A DNA stretch of 46,059 bases, taken from Coniocarpon cinnabarinum. Lineage: Eukaryota. A model generated the notes under the pieces. The model was not told the DNA's origin. It saw only the letters and a list, made by a program, of their open reading frames with translations, and ran no database searches. A program made the position numbers and the translations under genes. Below are positions 35,669-46,059 of the stretch, in pieces (the stretch's first letter is position 1; the number at the start of each line of letters is the position of its first letter). The stretch spans positions 1 through 46,059 of the forward strand of contig JAVECO010000178.1 of NCBI GenBank assembly GCA_051942205.1. The letters are read 5' to 3'.

Positions 35669-38487
35669 ATGATGTCGAAAGCAAAGGGTCTTAAGTCGAC
35701 CCCAAGCGATCAGAACAACCCCTATGCATCGACCAAGAGAAAAGACTACACGTCTGATGGTGTCAAGGATAACAACATATTCAAGTTGCCCTCTTCAGAC
35801 TGGATAGTGCTCGGAGTTGTGAGCGTGGTTGCTCTGGCCGTGAGGCTTTTCAGGCTGTACCAGCCAACGAGCGTGGTGTTTGACGAAGTCCAGTACGCAT
35901 CGCATTCATCCAGTCATCACCTCTTGTAGCTAACAGCGCTATCAGCTTCGGAGGCTTCGCCTCAAAGTACATCCATGGCAAATTCTTTATGGACGTCCAC
36001 CCGCCGTTGGCGAAGCTGCTCATTGCACTTTCGGGCTGGCTGGCGGGTTTTGATGGAAACTTCGACTTCAAAGACATCGGCAAAGACTACCTCGAACCAG
36101 GCGTACCGTATGTCGCAATGCGTCTCTTGCCAGCGCTATGCGGTGTCCTCACTATACCCACGATCTTCCTGACCCTCAAAGCTATGGGCAACCAGACGAC
36201 GACTGCTGCGCTGGGAGCTGGCTTGGTCACATTTGAGAACGGTCTTCTTACAAACAATCGTCTAATTTTGCTTGACTCTCCATTGGTTACAGCGACGGCA
36301 CTGACGGGACTGGTCTGGACGTGCTTCTCGAATGTGCATGAGCAAGGACCACGGATCGCATTCACGCCCCTTTGGTGGTTTTGGCTAGCCGCCACTGGAC
36401 TTTGCCTGGGAGCAACCGCCAGCATCAAGTGGGTTGGCCTGTTTACGATTGCCTGGGTTGGTAGCCTCACGGGCGTTCAACTCTGGGTTTTGCTCGGCGA
36501 CTCTGCTCATGTCACTCCTCGATTATGGTTCAAGCACTTCTTCGCACGCGCTTTTTGCTTGATTGTTGTCCCGGTTGGGTTTTACATGGCAATGTTTGGC
36601 ATTCATTTTCTATGCTTGGTCAATCCTGGCGAGGGAGATGGTTTCATGTCTTCAGAATTCCAAGCCACTCTAAACTCCAAGGGCATGCAAGACGTCGCCG
36701 CAGATGTGGCCTTTGGCAGTCGGGTATCTCTGAGACATCACAATACGCAAGGAGGCTACCTTCATTCCCACCCACACATGTATCCAGAGGGCAGCAAGCA
36801 ACAGCAGATTACGTTATACCCTCACAAAGACGACAACAACGTCTGGCTGCTTGAGAATCAGACACAACCCATTGGCGCTGACAATGAGACCATTCCTGGA
36901 ATCCGAGCGTGGGATGAGATCAAGCCTGAGTACATTCAGGATGGCGCAATCATCAAGCTGTACCATGGCGTGACTAATCGAAGACTTCATTCGCACGACG
37001 AGCGGCCGCCGGTCACAGAGGCAGACTGGCAGCAAGAAGTGTCAGCGTATGGATACGAAGGTTTCGAAGGTGATGCAAACGACATGTTCAAGGTTGAGAT
37101 CGTGAAGTCCTATTCGGACGGCGATCTTGCGAAGAAACGTCTGCGTACCATCCAATCCAAGTTCAGACTCATCCATATCATGACAGGTTGCGTGCTCTTC
37201 TCGCATAAGGTTAAGCTCCCGGACTGGGCTTGGGAGCAACAAGAAGTGACTTGCGCAAAGCAAGGTACATTGCCCAATAGTCTATGGTATGTTGAATCAA
37301 ACGACCATCCTATGTTCGATTCCAATGCCGAACGGGTCAACTACCGCAACCCAGGCTTCCTGGGCAAATTCTGGGAATTGCAGAAGGTGATGTGGACCAC
37401 GAATGCTGGATTGGTAGAGTCACACGCTTGGGATTCCAGACCACCTTCATGGCCTCTTCTCAAACGAGGCATCAATTTCTGGGGCAAGGACAACCGTCAA
37501 ATCTATCTCATGGGCAACCCTCTCATATGGCTTTCGTCTACAGCCGCCATTGGAGTATACGTGCTCGTCAAAGGCCTGGCGGTACTTCGATGGCAGCGTG
37601 GATTCAGCGACTACACCGCAACGACTTTCAAGCGATTCGATTATGAGATCGGCATGATGGTCCTTGCGTGGGCCTTCCATTATTTCCCTTTCTATCTCAT
37701 GGAGCGCCAACTGTTCCTGCATCACTATTTCCCGGCGCTGTATTTCGCCATCATTGTACTCTGTCAAGTCTTTGACTTCGTTCATTTCCGCATTGGCGCG
37801 CTCAGGCTTCGGGAGCAACCCGCGGTCGGACAAGCCATTGCTGTCGTCTTCATCGCAGTCAGCATTGGAGTATTCACATACTACGCGCCCCTAGCCTACG
37901 GCAACAAATGGACAAAGAACGAGTGCAGCAAGGTGAAGCTGCTTGACACATGGGACTGGGACTGCAATCAGTTCCCAGAATCGTACTCGGACTATCCGCT
38001 TGAGCCAACACCATCAGTGAGCTATCTCAATGAGGCTCAAAACACAGCAGAAATGCAATCGCCCGCGGTCTCTCCACAAGCTCAGCAATACGATGAAAAC
38101 GGTAATCCCATTGTCGGTATGGAGCAGTCATATGAGTTCCGCGATCAAGAAGGAAACTTGCTGCCCGCGGAAGAGGTCGACAAGCTCAGGGACCAAGGAG
38201 TGCAGTTTGAAACGCGACATGAGGTCCGAACACGCATGATTGACGAGCACGGTAACGAAATCCGCGACCCTTCTGGGGTCCACCCACAACACCCAGATGC
38301 CGAAGGACTCAACCCGAACACGAAGCGGGTGGAGAAGAAGGACAAGGAGGCGGAACGAGAAGCGAACGATCGGCCTGCCAATGTAGACGCGGGTGTCGAC
38401 ACCAAGGAGGAGGCCGCCATCAACTCAAAAGAAAAACGCAAGAGTGGACAGGCGCAGCCGGGGAGCGAAAGGGCCGCGGCAACGTGA
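35669..38487 (+). CDS. PMT1: Dolichyl-phosphate-mannose:protein O-mannosyltransferase, PMT1 subfamily (~921 aa)
   Basis: join(35669..35892,35946..38487). VVFDEVH|FGGFASKY (PMT1-type), DVHPPLAK, RLILLDS, MIR domains (GGYLHSH, RRLHSH, QQEVTC), QIYLMGNP and RQLFLHHYFPA. Confidence 0.94.
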
Positions 38488-38923
38488 GAGGCGCCCACAA
38501 CGAATGACTTTTCTAAACATCAGCGTGTATAAATATTCTCCCTTCATGGTCAAGTTATTTCAAGCGCGGTGTCTGCACTTGCAACGGCCCCCTCGCATTC
38601 GCGCCTATAGAACATGCCGTGCATAAGTGATGTCTCCTTGTGACGGACGTATTACGCAGTTGGCCCTCATCACGGGTGAAATAAATTAGCACCCTGCCCT
38701 GAGCTCGCTTTCGCTCTTAAGAGTAGGTAACCTCGTGTTATTGGCCAATGGCGCGGCGCCGGAACACCTGGAAACTAGCGTGCACTGCGGTTGTTTACCT
38801 GGCGCGTTTTTGCTCCCAGCCAGGACTTACCAGTTCCTACGTGACCAGCTTGGGACTATTCGTGGAGTCAACATATGACGGTACTGACGCGGCAATTAGT
38901 TCATTTATGAGCCAATTTGCGCT

Positions 38924-40659
38924 ATGAGCGAGAGACAAACGCGCTCGAAAACTGGGCGTACTCCCAAGTAAGGCCTCTCGCTTTGAATGTTTCGCATCGC
39001 TTTGGAATGTCAATCAGTCGCTGATTGTGGTCTAGGAAACGCGAAGATCCTGATTTCGTCGAAACACCCGCACGAGGAAGTACGCGACGACCGCGCAAGT
39101 CGGTCGCGTCGAATGATCTTACTCCTGATTCCAGTTTCGAGTTGATCAGCCCAAATCAGCATCATCCACAAGAGGCCAACGGTCATGTCAGTGGGCAGGT
39201 CAGCAGAAAACCGGGCAGGCCTCCAAAGAATGCCAGCAGCCCCAAAGCGCGTGCTGCAACTCGAGTCGACTTGGACGCACAAGCGCACTATGAGTTTGGA
39301 GGAGCTCTCGGCGTCAGCGCCATGATGATTGGATTTCCTTTACTCATGTACTGCATGTGGATTGGAGCGACATACTATGACGGCCACCTTCCACTGCCCG
39401 AGGGGAACCAAAGCATGGGAGAATTCATTCGTCATCTTGGACACCTCTCATACGAAGGCGCATTTCCATCTTTGAAAGCGTGGACCATCTACTGGACCTT
39501 CTTAATAGTTGAGGCAGTCTTCTATCTGTACATGCCCGGTGTCTATGTCCAAGGCAAGTCATTACAGGTGCTGGGAGGCAAGTCATTGACATACTACTGT
39601 TCTGGAGTCTGGTCGTGGTATGCCACAATCGCTCTGGCTGGAATCCTTCATTTCACCGGCCTATTTAAGCTGTATACGCTCATCGACGAATTCGGACCGC
39701 TGATGAGTGTCGCCATCATATCTGGCTTCTTGGTTTCAATCGTTGCATATGTCTCCGCGATCCAGCGCGGTGCACAGCATCGCATGACGGGGAACCTCAT
39801 TTACGACTTCTGGACAGGCGCAGAGCTTAACCCACGTATGTTTGGCTTGCTTGACTTCAAGATGTTCTTCGAAATCCGTCTTCCCTGGTTCATTCTTTTC
39901 CTCGTCTCACTTGGCGCCTGTGCTCGTCAGTATGAACAATTGGGATACGTTTCAGGCGAGCTCGGGTTTCTGCTTGTGGCGCACTTCCTCTACGCAAATG
40001 CGTGCTGCAAAGGCGAGCATTACATTCCACCTACGTGGGACATGTTCTATGAAAAATGGGGATTCATGCTTATTTTCTGGAACATGGCTGGCGTGCCTTT
40101 ATCGTACTGCCATGCGACGGTCTATCTCGCGAATCACGATCCAGAGGTCTACCGTTGGCCCCGGGCTTTTCTGGCAATTCTCTACGTCTCATACTTCTTT
40201 TGGTACTGGGTGTGGGATTCTTGCGGAGCGCAGAAGAGCAGCTTCCGTCAACGCCAGCGTGGCACGGCGATTACACGCAAAACCTTCCCACAGGTGCCCT
40301 GGATGGTCCTTGAGAACCCAGAAACCATCTCCGTCAAGAACGGCGATGATCTACTCTGTGACGGGTGGTACAAGTATGCGCGCAAGATTCACTATACAGC
40401 CGACATGTTCTTTGCACTCTCCTGGGCGTTGATCACCGGGTTTGACAGTCCATTCCCTTGGTTCTACCCAGTCTTCTTCTTCTTGATGATTATACATCGC
40501 GCTAGCCGCGACATTGCGCGATGTCGGGAGCGGTATGGTGAGGCGTGGGTGGAATTTGAGCGAAGGGTTCCATATTTGTTCATCCCAGTAAGTACCAGGA
40601 GCACCGCTTTCCTGCGAACGTCTCGACTGCTAACATGACGATGACAGTATGTCTTTTAA
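38924..40659 (+). CDS. ERG4: Delta(24(24(1)))-sterol reductase (~535 aa)
   Basis: join(38924..38967,39036..40587,40648..40659). Motifs [58 protein letters not shown] and HRASRD..C..RYG..W; the last exon encodes YVF*. Confidence 0.94.
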
Positions 40660-41875
40660 TACCAAAGTGCACATTCTGTGTTTCCTGTAAGGGAACCTTG
40701 GAGACGTTGAGGCCAGGAGAGAGCGCCATCTGTACAGGTGGCACTGCAGGGAGAGCAACAATGGCCTTGCAACCTAATGAGTCTCGGCTAGCAAGGCAAT
40801 TGACCCCCCCTTCGAACGGCATTAAGCTAGGGCTGTTGGTTGCACCTTTGAAGCCGTGGAGATTACGTGTAGGGCACAATGTTGTGAAAAGAGATAGCGT
40901 TGCATGAACTTTAAAAGTCGCGCCGCGCTGTTAGAGCGCTCTAGTGCAATGTCTGCGTCAAGTCTTGGAACAGAAGGGTCTTTAGGAGAGAAGAGAAAAC
41001 GTGTCCGCCTAATCAGAGAATGTGGACAGTATCATGGAGGCGTCGTTGGCCACAGATGATGTAGGCAGAGGGAGTGCAAGAAAGTGTGCGCTGAAGTCGA
41101 CCGAGTCACACACTCAGGATCAGAGGAATAGACAGATGTCTTGGCGTGTATAGGAGCCGAGGTGGTCTGTGCTCGAGTCACGTTTGGTTTCTGGAATCGA
41201 GACCTCTGTGCCGGCCTGCCTGGTTGGCTGCTTATCCTCACTGCAGTAAGCCAGACTCTGCACTCGAGCACGTAGTCCCGCCACCGTTGCTGTCATCACC
41301 TCGCGGGCGCTTAGGACGTTTGGACGTGCGCGGACTAGTCTGCCTCTGGCCTATTCTTCGAGCGGGATGTGTGCTGTTCCCGAAGTATCCGCAGGCCCCA
41401 GGGCATTTGCCCATTCTATACTCTGCTCTCTCGCCTGCAAGGTGGCCAATTGTCCCTCGACTGCGCGCGGACAGCCAGGTCGCATAAGGCGTTCGGCAGG
41501 CGCGGGGGGCGCCTCGCACTGAGTTCACCTGCTGATCTACCTGGACCAGCCGCAGCAGCTTTTGGGGTGGTGGAGCCGTGTGGCAGGCTGCTTTTGGCAA
41601 TGTGAGTACTTGGGGCTGCAAGTGTCACGGGAGTCAAACCTTTGTGCGCGCGGCACAGCGTCTGCCGTGGTGCCGCTGTGTGATGACTGCAAGGCTCATC
41701 TCGCATCCTTCAACCGCGCTCTGCGCCAATACAACCTCGAGATGTCACTGATCATCCTCTGCAAAGACGTGTTTCACATCCTAGTGCGGCGGGGGAGCCG
41801 TTCCTGCAGAAGTCTATTCACCTCACTCCTACACCCCCACCCAAGCTTCTATTCACGTATGCGCATGATAGACAG

Positions 41876-41899
41876 GCGGCGGCAGCAGCAGCAGCAGCA
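41876..41899 (+). repeat. Short (CGG)/(CAG)n microsatellite
   Basis: gcggcggcagcagcagcagcagcag in the ERG4-muramidase intergenic region. Confidence 0.7.
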
Positions 41900-42766
41900 G
41901 AGGAGGACATGCCTGGCCATGGTCCATAGACATGCCCGCTGGTTGCAGTAATGATGTTGCCTGCTTCTCCTGCTGTAAAGACAAAGAGGTCTGAGCTGTG
42001 AAGCTTGTATCCCCATGCGTGACACCTCGGGACGGAGTGAGTGTTGGTCCACTTCTGCTCCTGCGATGGGAACCCATCCTTTCCGTCACATCTTCATAAT
42101 GCCCTTTGCACTGGAATGACCTTGCACGCCAACACTGACACCATCTTGATGGCGCCGTGACAGTCTCATTGGCGCCAAGTCAGCGGCGTTCTGGTCTTCT
42201 CTCCTACTTCTTCACTGAGCCCGGCAAGTAGGTAGTCGCCGCCGTCACTAACCCACAGTGATCACTCCCGCCGCGGAACCGTCCCTCCAACCTGTAGGGC
42301 ATAACAGTGCGGTGCCGTTGCAAGGGGACGCCTTTCCCACATTCGGCACGTCAGCTACAGGCAGAAATGCCATCTCGATTCTAGACGGAGGTATAAGCTT
42401 CTTGGCCCGCCATGGAGGCTTCACCGCTACCTGATGCTGGTCTTTTCCTTTTTTGTTTCTTCTCTTTCTTTTCTTTCTCTACACATCCCTTCAGGCGTCC
42501 TCGTCCTCGTCCTTCGTCCACGAGCCTCTGTCGTGCGTGTCTTGTTTCGTTCCAGCTGCAGTGCAGCTAGCCATTCGTTTGAGAAACATCATCCCACTCC
42601 AGTCATTCGTTTTCCCGCCTAGCTTTCGATCAGTGCCAGTGTTTGGCTCGCTCCTAGAGATTTGCAGTTCATTCAGGCTCAAAACACCATAGCACAGCTT
42701 CACTGACAGCTTTCCTTTCACTAACGTTCCTTGTATCTTCAACACTTTCTACAGACATTTGCGACC

Positions 42767-44813
42767 ATGTACAGCCAGTCACTCGCGCTGGCCGCGCTCT
42801 CCGCTATGGGCGTGGCTGCCGTTCCTCAGATGTGTGCGTGCCCACCTGCTGCTCCATCTGTTTCTGGTCAAAGCGCGAACGTTCCTCCTTCTGTGCCTGG
42901 TGGTGCTTCAAACACTCCTTTCCCCTTCGGTCCTACAGCACCATACGGCACTGGCGCTCCATACCCCACCACGGCATCCACATCTACGTCCACTATCACC
43001 ATGACCACCACTGAGCAGATCACCTCAACGGTGTACGCTTCCTCAGGCTCTTTACAAGCCGCAGGCGCAGGAAGTGCAACGACTGTCACCTCGACGTGTA
43101 CAAGTACTGAGACCGAGGTAGGAAACATTCCCGCAGGATGAGCAATTCTCGAGGCTGACGAAACATGTATAGACCATTACACAGACAGTCACACAAACCC
43201 AGACCGTCAGTGCACCTGGCGAAAGTGGCGTCTCCAACAGTGCCCCGGCGACTAACAGCGCGACCAACATTCCCACGAACACGCCGCAGCCGCCAATTGT
43301 CTCCGGCAGCACCACTCGCCCCTCAGCGCCGTACTTCCCCACTTACACTAACACTGGTGGCTACACCTATCCCACCGGCACGGGCACTGGTTTCGGTACT
43401 GGGACGGGCGCCACCGCTCCAGGCGGTAGCAGCACTCGCTCACGACCTCACGGTTACCCTCACCATACTCACTCCCGTTCGCGGACCGCGCCCAGTGGAC
43501 CCTTTGGCACCAATCCCTTCGGTTCGGCACCATTTGGTACAGCACCTTTTGGCACCGCTCCATTCGGCACTGCTCCTGCTCAGACTGGCTTGCCAACTGT
43601 CTATCCGATTTCCTCATTTACTGCTCCCGGCAATTCAGCCTCGAACAGTGCACCTGGTGCCAATTCCACCCTCTCTTTGACCGCTCCGTCAACTTATTCC
43701 ACCAATGTCCCGACCACAGAGTCCTCTGCTCCAGGCAACACCGCATCGAATAGCGCACCTAGCGCCAGCTCGACTCTTTCTTTGACCCGTCCTTCGACTT
43801 ATGAGACCACCACGCCATCGGCTTCTGCCCCGGCCAACTCAGTGACGAACTCTGCGCCCGGTGCCAACTCCACCATCTCATCGAACCCATACTCAGCCTA
43901 CCCCGGCACCACCACAACTTCGTCCTCGTCTTCGTCGACGTCCGTCTCTGAAGTCGGCGCCTCCACCGGCCCAGCGTCATCCTACACGGCGCCCTCATCG
44001 ACCTACACCGCACCCTCATCAACCTACACGGCGCCTTCTTCAACCCAAACTCAACCCAGCCAGACCAGCTCTCAGCCGACTGGGCAACCCACCGGCTCCT
44101 CCCAATTCCCCCAGCCTAACATCTCCCTCACCAACGAAACCTGCTTCAACAACGGCGCCGGCAACCACTCCACCTCCGACTCAGCTGGTGCGAGCACTGA
44201 ATCCGCGTATCAATGCTACCAAGGGCCGCCCTCGAATTTCCCGACCGCCGACAAGTGGATTTCCTACGACAGCATGAAGAAGATTCACGCCAAGCTGGGC
44301 CAGACGTGGTGTAGCAATGGGGTCCTCAACTCGGATGATCAGGTCAATTGGGTGTTTGAAGCGATCGATGCGGTTGGCGCGGCGAGTATGGTTGATAAAC
44401 GGGTCATATTGGCACAGATGATACAGGAGTCCTCGGGGTGCGTGAACGTGGACGCCACGAACAATGGCGTCTACAACCCCGGATTGATGCAGTCCCACGC
44501 GGGCAGCTCATTCGTCGGGAACTCAGCCAGCGACGAAGACCAAAGACAGAGCATCCTGCAGATGGTGAGCGACGGCGTGCAAGGCACGCGCTACATCGGG
44601 CCGCAAGGCGGCGACGGCATGGTGCAGACGCTCGACACGTGGGGTGATTACTTCTCCGCGGCGCGGCTGTACAACAGCGGGAGTGTCAATGAGGAGAACC
44701 TGTCCGACCCGCTGGGCGCGACGGCGCATTATTGTAGTGATTCGGCGAATTTCTTGCAGGGGTGGGATGGTGTTATTCAGGGACGGACTGACGCTGGCTG
44801 TTCGTTCGCTTGA
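42767..44813 (+). CDS. Secreted Ser/Thr/Pro-rich protein with C-terminal lysozyme-like (GH23/transglycosylase-type) domain (~663 aa)
   Basis: join(42767..43117,43173..44813); intron GTAGGA..CTGAC..TAG. Signal peptide MYSQSLALAALSAMGVAA, long S/T stalk, then ILAQMIQESSG (catalytic Glu), NPGLMQ and AARLYNSG. Probable 5'UTR intron ending CTAAC..CAG at 42754. Confidence 0.85.
43500..43574 (+). repeat. Coding pentapeptide tandem repeat (PFGT[N/A]/PFGSA) x5
   Basis: 15-bp units encode PFGTN-PFGSA-PFGTA-PFGTA-PFGTA in exon 2 of the secreted protein. Confidence 0.85.
43620..44045 (+). repeat. Coding repeats: three ~35-aa SAPG(A)N..STLS..STY units and (SSTYTAP)x3
   Basis: Read directly from the translation of ORF 43590..44813. 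Confidence 0.75.
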
Positions 44814-45674
44814 GCCATGTGAATGGAAATGTTCGGTGATTTCTGTGGGACGTGGCGGACAAGGAGGAGGGATCGTCAATGGTTTGCATGTCTTGTAGAT
44901 ATAGTTTCATTTCTCTGATGTTAGTTATGTGTCGTCGGTGGACGAATAGCAATTTACTTACAATGAACTCTCTTCTTGCTGACTGTGAACGGGATTGGGA
45001 CCGCGTCTGACACCACGTGCAGCTCATGCCCTGTCGTCATCGCCGTCGCTCGACGAGAATCGAGGGCAGAAGAGCTCGAGAATGTGTCACATTGAAGAAA
45101 AGGCAAAGTCGCGCCTGTACCCTGACACTTCCAAACTCGTTGTCTTTGCTATTCGCTTTCAGCGCTTGGAGGCAACAGTGCCTACCTTACACGTCTTCGA
45201 CTAGCTCTAACATCACACAGTACTTACTTATGCCAGATATTGCGAGAATCCTTCTGAATCAACACATCAACCACGCTCACATACTGTCCAGGGAATTCTC
45301 ATTCAGCCCATTGTCTCACAAGATCTTGGCACAGAAAGATTGAAACAACTGCCCTCGATGTGGAAATCGGGTATTTGATCTGCTGAATCGGAAGATTAGC
45401 ATCTTGAGATTTTTACAAGTCCTGTCAAGTGGGCGACATTCTGGATGAGGGATACTCCATCCGAGGTGAGGTGTGGAGATGTTATTCAAGAGAGCAGACA
45501 GAATGGCAGACAGAACGAGGCAATGAAGGCTCGATTAACTATCGACGAGGAAGTCAATCGTCAACAGTGTGGTCAGTGGTTAGGTTCGGTTCGGTTGTGG
45601 TTGGGTGGCGTGCGCTACCACTACCAATAAGGGAAGGAACCTAACTAAAACCGGTAAACCGTTGGTTGCCAGTT

Positions 45675-46059
45675 TCTTAGTAGTTATAGTAAATATAAAG
45701 AAGGTAAGGTAAATAAAAGAGGTTTATAGTTATTATATATATAATTTAATTATATTACTTTTTTTTATAGCTTTGTATAATTCTAAATATATGTTTATTT
45801 TTTAAATAGGCTTAGTATAAATATTACTATTAATATTAAAAAAGAAGACCTATTATATAACTTTTATATTTTTTTTTAATATTTTTAAATTATAAATATT
45901 TAGGTAATTTAGTCTAATAGTTTAATAGTAAGTTAATAATTCTTTTTTATATAATACTAGACGTTTAAATCTTAAAAAGATAATATACTTAATTTAGAGT
46001 ACGCTTAGAGTCTTTAGTCTTATAAGAACAATTATTTAAAACTAACTATAAAGCCTAAT
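45675..46059. repeat. AT-rich, RIP-mutated repeat/transposon relic extending past the right edge
   Basis: Abrupt drop to ~15% GC (hand count over 45721-46059), strong TpA excess, near absence of CpA/TpG, and no ORF of 60 aa or more in the track. Confidence 0.85.

Noticed and set aside
43500..44045. CRISPR-like or mobile repeats
   Set aside because: They are in-frame coding repeats of a eukaryotic secreted protein with no spacer structure.
45570..45610. Telomeric repeat
   Set aside because: The units are irregular GGTT variants, not a TTAGGG array.

Overview
Gene-dense (~52% GC by eye) window of a filamentous ascomycete (Pezizomycotina) genome, with short GT-AG introns and CTRAC branch sites. 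I reconstruct 16 spliced protein-coding loci by hand, plus the possible 5' end of another at the left edge. Left housekeeping block: an orphan disordered protein, a DUF2231-like membrane protein, RPS27 (absent from the ORF track), the RNF10/Mag2 RING ligase, an FSH1-family hydrolase, RPN5 and UBP3/USP10. Middle, accessory-looking block (~18.5-33 kb): a 4-exon fusion of HeLo-like N-domain, P-loop GTPase, coiled coil, CxCG domain and 2 TM helices; a secreted GH127/GH146 arabinofuranosidase; a QDE-1-type RNA-dependent RNA polymerase broken by two reciprocal frameshifts flanking its catalytic DYDGD; an alpha/beta hydrolase; and a degenerate sulfotransferase-like membrane protein. Right block: PRP21, PMT1, ERG4 and a secreted Ser/Thr-rich lysozyme-like protein. 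The last ~400 bp are a ~15% GC, TpA-rich block typical of RIP-mutated repeat DNA. The best candidates for new biology are the HeLo-like/GTPase/TM fusion (possible fungal immune or cell-death protein) and the frameshifted RdRP. No tRNA, rRNA or CRISPR was recognised. All family calls come from motif recognition, not database searches.
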